Part shown: in pieces, positions 51,987 to 60,350 of the stretch
How the letters are laid out: the number at the start of each line of letters is the position of its first letter
Position numbering within the stretch: the first letter of the stretch is position 1
NCBI GenBank assembly: GCA_963663475.2
Contig: CAXXJV010000001.1
Coordinates: 1,408,001-1,472,000 of the forward strand
Direction of reading: 5' to 3'
DNA: 64,000 bases
From: Candidatus Cloacimonadales bacterium
Lineage (GTDB): Bacteria; Cloacimonadota; Cloacimonadia; Cloacimonadales; JAFGVF01
The notes under the pieces: model-generated
Seen by the model: the letters and a program-made list of their open reading frames with translations, nothing else
Databases searched by the model: none
What the model was told of the DNA's origin: nothing
Position numbers and translations under genes: made by a program

Positions 51987-53519
51987 ATGCAACTACATCA
52001 GAGATTTATAGAGATTGCTAAACAGTATCCAAATGATATCGCAATTATAGATGTTTCAGCTGGTAAGTCAGTTACTTACTCTAAACTACTCTTAGCAGCT
52101 CTTATACTTTCTGAAAAGTATAAGAAATTCCCTGAGAAAAATATTGGTGTTATGATACCTACCTCATTCGGCTGTTTGGTGACTACCATAGCCTTGCTCA
52201 TGGCAGATAAAACACCTGTTATGATTAACTACTCAGTAGGAGCCTTAGAAAATCTACGTTATGCTCAAGATAAATGTAACTTCATGACTACTATTACTAC
52301 TGAAAAACTTTTAGATAAATTGAATATAAAAGCCATAGAAGGAATGATAAACATTGAAAATATTTTGGCTAACATTAATTTAATCGACAAAGTTAAAGGA
52401 ATGGCTATTTCTAAATTACCTGCTAAAATGATTCAAAATATGGTTCATAAGGGTTCAAGAGATGAAAATGCTGTTATTCTTTTTACAAGTGGTTCAGAAA
52501 AAGACCCTAAGGCTGTTCAACTCTGCCATCGTAATATAATGCACAATGTTAAGGGCTTTACGACTGTCGTAAAGGATATTAAGAATGAAATATTCTTGGC
52601 AAACCTCCCTCTTTTCCATGTTTTTGGTATTACTGTTACCTTCTGGACACCCCTTCTCTATGGTGGTAAAACTGTTACTATAGCTAATCCTCTGGACTAT
52701 AAACTAGTCTGCCGTTCTATCAAAAAGCATCAAGTTACCCTCATGGTCGGAACACCTACCTTCTACCATGGCTATTTACACAAATCAGAAGCTGGTGATT
52801 TTGCTTCTGTAAATATTGCAATTTCTGGAGCAGATAAACTTCCCAAGCAAATTAGAGATGAATACTTACAAAAACATAATTTAGAACTTTTTGAAGGCTA
52901 TGGTGCAACCGAGACTAGTCCTGTGATTTCTACTAATTACCAGGGAAATAATAAAGTTGGTACAGTAGGAAAGCCTCTACCAGGTACTCAGGTGAAAATA
53001 GTTGACAGGGTTACTGGAAAAGAAGTTAATGCTGGAGTTGAAGGTAAAATTCTGGTTAAGGGTGATCTAGTAACAATTGGTTATTATAATGATTACGAAG
53101 AGACTTCTCTCAGGATTAGAGATGGTTGGTATGATACTGGCGATATGGGAGTTATTGATAAAGATGGTTTTATAACTCATCGGGGCCGACTTAGAAGATT
53201 TGTTAAGATAGGAGGGGAGATGGTATCCCTAACTAAAGTTGAATCAGTATTAGAAACAATTCTCCCTGCAGAAACCCTTTGTTGTGTGGTTGAAGTACCA
53301 AACTTAAAGAAAGGGGCTGAGATCGTGGCTGCTGTAACTACTAAAGAAATCGAAGCTAAGCAAATTCATAAATATATGAAAAAAGAACTGCCAAGTCTTA
53401 TGGTCCCTCGCGAATATTATGTCTTAGATGAACTTCCCTTAATGCCTTCAGGAAAAGTGAATTTCAGAAAAGTTGAAGAAATTATTCGAGAAATGCATAA
53501 TGTGAAGAAGAAAAAGTAG
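51987..53519 (+). CDS. Aas-like acyl-ACP synthetase / AMP-binding enzyme
   Basis: FTSGSEKDPK, EGYGATETSP, WYDTGD, KIGGEMVSL. Confidence 0.88.
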   Translation: MQLHQRFIEIAKQYPNDIAIIDVSAGKSVTYSKLLLAALILSEKYKKFPEKNIGVMIPTSFGCLVTTIALLMADKTPVMINYSVGALENLRYAQDKCNFMTTITTEKLLDKLNIKAIEGMINIENILANINLIDKVKGMAISKLPAKMIQNMVHKGSRDENAVILFTSGSEKDPKAVQLCHRNIMHNVKGFTTVVKDIKNEIFLANLPLFHVFGITVTFWTPLLYGGKTVTIANPLDYKLVCRSIKKHQVTLMVGTPTFYHGYLHKSEAGDFASVNIAISGADKLPKQIRDEYLQKHNLELFEGYGATETSPVISTNYQGNNKVGTVGKPLPGTQVKIVDRVTGKEVNAGVEGKILVKGDLVTIGYYNDYEETSLRIRDGWYDTGDMGVIDKDGFITHRGRLRRFVKIGGEMVSLTKVESVLETILPAETLCCVVEVPNLKKGAEIVAAVTTKEIEAKQIHKYMKKELPSLMVPREYYVLDELPLMPSGKVNFRKVEEIIREMHNVKKKK

Positions 53520-53521
53520 TT

Positions 53522-54595
53522 ATGAAAAAAAAACTAGTTTTTCTAATCTTATTATTAGTTACTAATCTTTTCTCACAAGCTATTAATTATCAGAGAGTTA
53601 AGCATTGGTTTTTCTTTCCGCTTTTTGCTTATAATCAAGAGACATCCCTTGTTTATGGGGGAGTGGTTATTTATGATACTGCCAAGAGTAAAGAAAGCTT
53701 TGACGGACAGTGGTCTAATGTTATTCAACACTCCTTAAAAAATCAATTCCGTTACCTTACAAAAGCTCAATTTGCTTTTAAAAAGAATTACTCTACTTCT
53801 TTCGCCTTAAGAATGAGAAATTGGCCAACAAGTATCTATGAATTTGGTAATGATAGCAACAAGAAATCTGAAACTAAATACACAGAAAAAGAATATTCTT
53901 TTGAATTTGACCTTTATCGTAGGTTATATCAACAAGTCTTTTTAGGAATTAATGCTGAAATTGGTAATCTGCAAGTTATCAAAAGACAAGAAAACAATTA
54001 TATCGATTGGGAAAATACTCTTGGTAATGCCGGTGGTTGGCTCAATGGTATTGGCTCTGTCCTAAAACTAGATACCAGAAACTTGATTAATTATCCATCT
54101 AAAGGACTCTACTACCGTCTTTCTTATAGAAATTATGATGAGAAATGGGGAAGTGATTATAATTTTGCTATGACCGAAATAGATCTTAAAAACTATTTCT
54201 CCTCAAATCCCAATCTAATTTTAGCTACCCACCTGGATGCTAAAATTACCCATGGTCATGTGCCTTTTCAAAGATTAGCTAAGCTAGGGGATAGATTACG
54301 AGGTTATTCTTCTAGAAGGTTTATGGATAATCATAGAATTGCTGGAAGAGCAGAACTGAGAACCTCTCCTTTCTCAAACGGATTAATCACTAGGGCTGGA
54401 TTTGTTCTCTTTGTGGAAGCTGGAAAAGTTGCCCATGATTTAGATCAACTTAACCTAAAAGATTTAAAACTTTCCTACGGAACTGGATTACGATATAAGT
54501 TAACTAACTCAGAAGATAAACTCAATGTAAGATTTGATATAGCCTTTACTGAAGAAGGACATTCTATCGGTATTTCAGCTTATGAAGAGTTTTAA
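53522..54595 (+). CDS. Omp85 (BamA/TamA-like) beta-barrel protein
   Basis: Signal peptide, DTRN...YPSKG, LRGY...RF.D, G.GLRY, terminal F. Confidence 0.8.
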   Translation: MKKKLVFLILLLVTNLFSQAINYQRVKHWFFFPLFAYNQETSLVYGGVVIYDTAKSKESFDGQWSNVIQHSLKNQFRYLTKAQFAFKKNYSTSFALRMRNWPTSIYEFGNDSNKKSETKYTEKEYSFEFDLYRRLYQQVFLGINAEIGNLQVIKRQENNYIDWENTLGNAGGWLNGIGSVLKLDTRNLINYPSKGLYYRLSYRNYDEKWGSDYNFAMTEIDLKNYFSSNPNLILATHLDAKITHGHVPFQRLAKLGDRLRGYSSRRFMDNHRIAGRAELRTSPFSNGLITRAGFVLFVEAGKVAHDLDQLNLKDLKLSYGTGLRYKLTNSEDKLNVRFDIAFTEEGHSIGISAYEEF

Positions 54596-54634
54596 CCCAA
54601 AAATTAAGTGAATTAACACTCAAAATCAACATAT

Positions 54635-55277
54635 AATAATGCAATAGACCTTTGCTAATAGCAGAATCTTCTTTTGCAAAAGTAACTTACATAATTCTTC
54701 CGAATATATATATTATATGCGTCAGAATTCTACGAGCTATTTTGCTAAAAGAATTTGCACTCTTCTGAAAAGCTCTATTGCACCATTTGAGATTATCAAA
54801 GTTCTACTCTACCATTAGGATTGAAGAAGTCCGATCAACTATTGGCTAACAAATGGCCTTTCCTTGCATGTTCCTTCCTTTACACTCTTTCGATAAAAGT
54901 CAGGATTTCATCGAAAGAGTGTAAAGAAAGGATTAGGGATGCAATAGTCTATATTATGAGTTTATCCCAGACTTATCTTAGCCCTGGAAGGAGGACATTA
55001 TCCCAAATAGTGCAATAGATCTTTGAGAATAGCAGAATATTCTTTTGCAAAATAGGACCATTTTGAAAAAAATGGACCCTTAAAGATTATGAGGGCTTGT
55101 TAAATCCAAATAATGCAGTAGAATTTAGGGAAAAAGCGAATAGCAGAATATTCTTTTGCAAAAGTAAGCTACATAATTTTCAGGAATATATATATTATAT
55201 GTCTTCAAATTCTGTAACTTAATTTGCTCAAAGAATCTAGCACTCTTCATCAAAGTTCTACTGCACCATTCGGGTTA
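54635..55277. repeat. Repeat cluster: MITE copies (54635-54794, partial 54999-55051, 55100-55277) and long palindrome (54874-54943)
   Basis: Direct sequence matches to the other copies. Confidence 0.8.
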
Positions 55278-55316
55278 AAAAACTTCAAGAAAATCTAAGA
55301 AAAGGAGGATAAAGCA

Positions 55317-55898
55317 ATGGTTATTATTGAATTTAAAATACCACATGGATTAAAAGCCAAAGCTAGAAGAGAGGGATATTCTCTAGTAAAATATTCAAAT
55401 CAGCCATTTTATCACCTCCGAAAAAAGAATTCTCCTAAAATAGGGAAAAATCATCATAAGTTCGGCAATACCATGCAAGAACTAAAAATATCTTATCGAA
55501 AGCTTAATGATGCTGAAAAGCAAGCACTGAAAGAAAGGAGAAAAAAGGAAGGAAGTACTAAGTCAGACTGGATTCAATTTGTCAGAGAATATTATAGAGG
55601 GATTAGTCGTCAAACTCTTAAAGAAAAAAGACAAGTAAAAGCTCAAAACAAGAAAGATCAAGTTAACAAGCCACAAAAAGGAAGTGAAAGTAAGAATTTA
55701 AGAGAAAAACACTTATTACCCAAACTGGCAAGATCTATATTCGCCCGAATGACGGGACTTTCTCACGGAGTAGCGACTTCAGACAACTTAACTTTCTTTC
55801 GCCCGAATGACGGGACTTGCTCACGAAGTAGCGGCTTCCGAAAACTCTCCGAAGTCCCTTGCCTAGGGCTGAGGAAGTCCGGTCTCCAACTCGAATGA
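55317..55898 (+). CDS. Hypothetical basic protein whose C-terminus reads through the GC-rich repeats
   Basis: AGGAGG RBS and open frame; no recognisable family. Confidence 0.45.
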   Translation: MVIIEFKIPHGLKAKARREGYSLVKYSNQPFYHLRKKNSPKIGKNHHKFGNTMQELKISYRKLNDAEKQALKERRKKEGSTKSDWIQFVREYYRGISRQTLKEKRQVKAQNKKDQVNKPQKGSESKNLREKHLLPKLARSIFARMTGLSHGVATSDNLTFFRPNDGTCSRSSGFRKLSEVPCLGLRKSGLQLE

Positions 55899-55938
55899 CG
55901 GGACTTGCTCACGGAGTAGCGACTTCTGAAAACTCTCC
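55740..55938. repeat. GC-rich tandem units related to 674-878
   Basis: GAATGACGGGACTTGCTCACGGAGTAGCGACTTC three times plus GAAGTCCCTTGCCTAGGGCTGAGGAA. Confidence 0.8.
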
Positions 55939-55968
55939 TAAAGTTCTACTATACTATCTAGCTTTAAC

Positions 55969-56719
55969 AACAAATATCCCTGTGAAGGGATAAATAGTTT
56001 AGCCCAGGGTAAAAGCCTGAAAGGCTTGCAACCTTGGGTAAGATGGCTTCCATCTTAGAAATTCCCTGTAAGGGATACATAAATAAAATTATCTAACAAA
56101 TAATGAATATTGAATTAATATTTTTTAATTAATATAAGGTGGTAATATCAATGGCACAGTCAGTATCTCAAATTTATATGCATCTTGTCTTTTCTACCAA
56201 GAATAGAGTACCTTTTTTCAAAAATTCTGATATTCGTGATCCATTATATTCATATATTGCCAAAATAATCTACGAAAATGATTCATATCCGATTTGTATT
56301 GGTGGGTCTGAAGATCATATCCATATTTTTTTCAATTTATCAAAGAATATTTGTTTTAAAGATATAATAGGAGAGATTAAGAGATCTACTTCTAAATTGA
56401 TAAAGACTAAGGGTGATGAATATTCAAACTTCTACTGGCAAGCTGGTTATGAAGGATTTTCTGTAGGTCAACAACAGAAGCAAAAAACAATCAATTATAT
56501 TAACAAGCAAAACGAACATCATAAAAAAGGCTCTCCAAGAAGAACTCAGAATGTTCATGACGAAAAACAAAATGAGAATCAATGAATGTTATTTGTGGGA
56601 TTAATTAATTTAACCCTTTCAGGGTAGAGGCTTTATTTATGCTGTCGTACCCAGGGTTGCAAGCCTTTCAGGCTTTTACCCTGGGCTAAACTATTTATCC
56701 CTTTACAGGGATATTTGTT
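55969..56719 (+). mobile_element. REP-associated Y1 (HUH) transposase locus with 72 bp inverted arms
   Basis: 55969-56040 and 56648-56719 are inverted with 2 mismatches and are hairpin-rich. Confidence 0.8.
56151..56604 (+). pseudogene. tnpA: IS200/RAYT-type Y1 transposase with a frameshift near the C-terminus
   Basis: HLVFSTKNR, EDHIHI (HUH), F.WQ.GY..FSV, YI.KQ.EHH; family-like tail LQEELRMF...YLWD* is in another frame ending at 56604. Confidence 0.75.
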
Positions 56720-56881
56720 AAATCACAATTTTAATGAAACATTCTGATTTACTTGAGTTATTTCCACCAAACATGAACTTGAGCCTAAAAAAAAGAAGAT
56801 AATAATCTATCCACAAATTATTTCGTGATGATTACAGAGATAGAACAGGTAATTTGAGAGTGAAAGCATCCTTGCTTATAG

Positions 56882-57260
56882 TCACGAATTCTTCTTCAAC
56901 GATTGCTTGACCAAACTCATGATATACTCAAAATCCTCATCATCTTTCAGATTAATCTCATAATCTCCATTTCCCTGATGTCCGACCTGAGAAACATCTC
57001 TCATTATCCCCTTAGGATCATCTAAGTCCCCCTTACGTAGATTAATAAAGAGCTTCAAAGATTTTCTCTGAATAGAAATATCCACAACATTAGTCTTAGA
57101 TACAAAGGCAATATAGAACTTCAAAACTTTGATTTCAATAGAATCAAGATTTAATATCATATTTTTTAATTTTTCATATAAAGCACAAAATTCTTCAGAA
57201 CCCTTGCTCAAATGGTCTTCCTCTCTATATACCTTTATTTCTTTATCAACAATATTACTT
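56882..57260 (-). pseudogene. DUF5655-like domain fragment, apparently 5'-truncated
   Basis: KFYIAF, LDDPKG..RDVS.VGH.GNGDYEI; frame extends upstream (KVYREEDHL) to a stop with no ATG or RBS. Confidence 0.55.
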
Positions 57261-57345
57261 TATTTATTGGTAGAAATGATGTTCACTAAATCACTAAAAT
57301 GGGTTTGAATTGTGTTCATAACAATCACTTCAGATTAGTAATTAT

Positions 57346-57945
57346 CTAATTTAAATCATTCTCCATAACAAATTTAGTTACTGTGAATCTATGAACTTTC
57401 AAATATCTGGCAATAGCACTAATAGATACTCCAGCTTCGACCATCTCTTTAATGATTTTCTCCTTCCCGGTGAGTTTAACTTTAGCAGATTTCCTGCCCT
57501 TAGGACGCCCTAAAATAACTCCTTCGGCTTTCTTTCTAGCAAGAGCTTCTTTAGTTCTTTGAGAAATCAAGTTTCTTTCAATCTCAGCTGCTAAGCCAAA
57601 AGCGAAAGCTAATACTTTGGAATTTATATCATTACCTAATCTATAATTGTCTTTAATTGTCCAGATATTAACCTCTTTTTTCATACAATCATTTAAAATA
57701 CTCATAATCATTAAAAGATTTCTACCTAAACGGGATAATTCAGTGCAAATTAAAATATCATCCGCTTTCATTTTATTTAACAACCTTCCTAATTTTCTTT
57801 TATTTACTTCCTTTGCCCCTGAAATAGTCTCTTCTATCCATTTATCAATTACAATATCTTTCTTTTTACAAAATTCTACTATCTCAAATCTCTGATTTTC
57901 GACTGTCTGTTTATCTGTACTCACCCTAATATAGCCATAAATCAT
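57346..57945 (-). CDS. Mpi-family serine recombinase (DNA invertase)
   Basis: MIYGYIRVSTDKQTVENQRFEI, ELSRLGR, AFAFGLAAEIERNLISQRTKEAL, LGRPKG, C-terminal HTH. Confidence 0.92.
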   Translation of the reverse strand: MIYGYIRVSTDKQTVENQRFEIVEFCKKKDIVIDKWIEETISGAKEVNKRKLGRLLNKMKADDILICTELSRLGRNLLMIMSILNDCMKKEVNIWTIKDNYRLGNDINSKVLAFAFGLAAEIERNLISQRTKEALARKKAEGVILGRPKGRKSAKVKLTGKEKIIKEMVEAGVSISAIARYLKVHRFTVTKFVMENDLN

Positions 57946-58052
57946 TGTTATCTCCTACTAATATTTTAATAATGACAATTATTTAATTAATGAATAATTA
58001 ACAATAATAATTAATTACTAAGATTATAAAACAAGCGAAGATTAGTTTATAT

Positions 58053-58116
58053 GACCTATTTTACGTGGCAGGGATATTAAAAGATATAGAGCTGAATTTG
58101 CGGACTTGTGGTTGAT
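58053..58116 (+). repeat. IR1: 64 bp perfect inverted repeat (partner 60964-61027)
   Basis: GACCTATTTTACGTGGCAGG...GACTTGTGGTTGAT, encoding PILRGRDIKRYRAEFADLWL. Confidence 0.97.
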
Positions 58117-58297
58117 ATGCACTTTTCCGAGTAAACGAATTGATATAGAAAACTATCCAGCAGTTAAAAATTGGCTAAAATCTTTTGGACAAAGATTAGA
58201 ACAGACTGGAAAAAGTTATGAAGACTCAACTGGAAGACTAATAAAATGTAGAAAAAAAACAAATAATAAATGGTTTGAGACACAAGATAGTATAGGA

Positions 58298-58327
58298 TAT
58301 TGGGAGGAATTTAATAGACAGAAAATT
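58298..58327 (+). repeat. IR2: 30 bp perfect inverted repeat (partner 60735-60764)
   Basis: TATTGGGAGGAATTTAATAGACAGAAAATT, encoding YWEEFNRQKI. Confidence 0.97.
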
Positions 58328-58436
58328 GTGTGGAAGGCAGTTGGTCGAAATCTAGGAATATCAATAGTAGATGCTGGGATATATTGTGTCGTTCCATAAA
58401 AGTGGACTAGAAAATTAAACAAACTAGGAGCTTGAA

Positions 58437-58859
58437 ATGGAAAGAAAAAAGAATATGACTCATAAGATTCAAAAGACCTATAGTGAAAGTTTTAAAATTA
58501 AAGTTGTTGACGAAATAGAGAAGGGAGATTTAACTCAAGCTGGAGCTTGTAGACTTTACAATATTTCAGATAGCAATGTGAGTAGATGGGTTGCCAATTA
58601 TGGTATGAATGAACGAGTGGGAAAAAAGGTGGTAGTTATGACCGATAGAGAAATACGTGAATCTGACCTTTTAAGGAAAGAGAATAAGCAGTTAAAACGA
58701 GCATTAGAAGATAGTCAGTTCTCCAACGAAGTTCTAGAGAAATATATTCATTATATTGCAGAACAAAATGGTATTGATTTAAAAAAAAAGATCGATTCAG
58801 GTTTATCAGAAGATACTCAGAAACTCTTGATTTCAAGGTTGCTAAAAGGTCAGGAATAA
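58437..58859 (+). CDS. IS3 OrfA (HTH)
   Basis: YSESFKIKVV...YNI....V.RW; A9G slippery run at 58781-58790. Confidence 0.88.
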   Translation: MERKKNMTHKIQKTYSESFKIKVVDEIEKGDLTQAGACRLYNISDSNVSRWVANYGMNERVGKKVVVMTDREIRESDLLRKENKQLKRALEDSQFSNEVLEKYIHYIAEQNGIDLKKKIDSGLSEDTQKLLISRLLKGQE

Positions 58860-58864
58860 GCCAA

Positions 58865-59650
58865 ATGTGTAGTTTATTACAAGTATCTAAATCAGGTTAC
58901 TATAAATATCTTCAAACTGTCTCCCAGAGTTCTACAAATGACTCCCTATGTCTTTCCAGAGTTAAACAATATAGAAAAATTCAGCCTTATGCAGGCACTT
59001 ATAAATGTTGGAAAATGCTACATAATGATGGTTTTAAAATTGCGAGAAATCATCTTAACTGCCTGCTTAAAGAACATAATATGTTGATCAGGAAGAAGAA
59101 GAAATATTGCAAAACTTCAATATCAGATGGTAGTAAGGTATATCCTAATTTACTTAAAGATACCGAAGTAAAGAGGAAAAATCAAGTTTGGGTAACTGAT
59201 ATTACTTATATTTCTAAAGGCAAAGGGTTTTATTATTTGTTTTTGCTAAGTGATATGTATACTAGACAGATATTGGATTATGAAGTTTCTTCTAATATGT
59301 TGACTGATAATCATATAAGGATGTTAAAAAGACAGCTAAACTATGTTGATAATGCTAACGATCTTATTCATCATTCAGATCATGGTTCTCAATATACAAG
59401 TAATGAGACTATTAGCCTTCTGAAAAAGCATGGTATAAAGATTAGTATGACTGGTGATGGTAAATGCTATGATAACCCTATTGCTGAAAGAATAAACTGC
59501 ACAATGAAGCATGAATTTGGTTTAAATCGGACATTTAGCACTATAGAAAGTCTTAAAAAAGCTACTAAAGATGCAGTAATGATCTATAACTCTCAGAGAC
59601 TTCACAAAAGTTTGGGGTATTTTACTCCAAATGATTTTGCAAATCATTAA
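58865..59650 (+). CDS. IS3 OrfB DDE transposase, in the -1 frame and open from the slippery site
   Basis: WVTDITY, HHSDHGSQY, DNPIAERIN, YN..R.H.SLGY.TP. Confidence 0.92.
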   Translation: MCSLLQVSKSGYYKYLQTVSQSSTNDSLCLSRVKQYRKIQPYAGTYKCWKMLHNDGFKIARNHLNCLLKEHNMLIRKKKKYCKTSISDGSKVYPNLLKDTEVKRKNQVWVTDITYISKGKGFYYLFLLSDMYTRQILDYEVSSNMLTDNHIRMLKRQLNYVDNANDLIHHSDHGSQYTSNETISLLKKHGIKISMTGDGKCYDNPIAERINCTMKHEFGLNRTFSTIESLKKATKDAVMIYNSQRLHKSLGYFTPNDFANH

Positions 59651-60350
59651 AAGAGGTTACCAGATGATGAACAGATACTTAGCTGAATGTATTTTCTTTT
59701 GGAAAATGCGACTAAATTACGAATGCAAAATGGAGTCGACAAAAGAACTCAAAAGTATGAGTAAATGTCTCATTTTTCAAAAGAGATACATGACTCAGGA
59801 TACATAAAAAAGGTGTCCACTATATTGGTACTTGACATATTTATCAGCCCCAGCAGCTTTTATTACATCTAATTGCAATGAATACTTGTTAATGTTTCTT
59901 CTCAGTAATTTTAGTAAATATTACATATATAATCACTCAGATAAAACAGGAGCTGGAGATTTAATGCTCAATATACAATCTCTTATCAAGCTGCCAATTC
60001 CAATAATCTCAGAAGAAATTAATGATTACTTTGTAAAGTTGAATAGTCAAATCATTTCAAATTCTCATAACCTTGCTAATATTGAGATTTTTGTAAATGC
60101 TTTAATATATAAGCTATTCAATTTTAATAAAGAGGAAATTGATTTAATTGACATAGAATTTACAGATTGTTTAACAAGCTTGAAAATTAATTATAAACAA
60201 TATGAAAATATGAGTATTAAAGAAATTGCGCAATACTGCTCAGAATTTGATTATAGAAAAGAAAGTGATTATTATAACTCTTAAATCCCCAAAGGGGAGA
60301 ACTAATTTAGCCATTTTTGGAAATTAGTAGAGTTAAGACATAAGCTAATA

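Larger units (their letters stand above)
58385..59837 (+). mobile_element. IS3-family insertion sequence
   Basis: TG...CA ends with imperfect IRs (TGTGTCGTTCCATAAAAGTGGAC / GTCCACTATATTGGTACTTGACA), TAT target duplication, orfA and orfB. Confidence 0.92.
58053..60284 (+). pseudogene. Silent alternative C-terminal specificity (TRD) cassette of the type IIG enzyme, split by IS3
   Basis: ORF pieces 58106-58399 and 59832-60284 join in frame (DAGIY|LSAPAAF) once the IS and one TAT are removed; TaqI_C-like motifs shared with the expressed gene. Confidence 0.85.

Noticed and set aside
3665-58836. Many short antisense or alternate-frame ORFs inside long genes (e.g. 4586, 9527, 11284, 42152, 45125, 57647)
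   Set aside because: Shadow ORFs of well-supported genes
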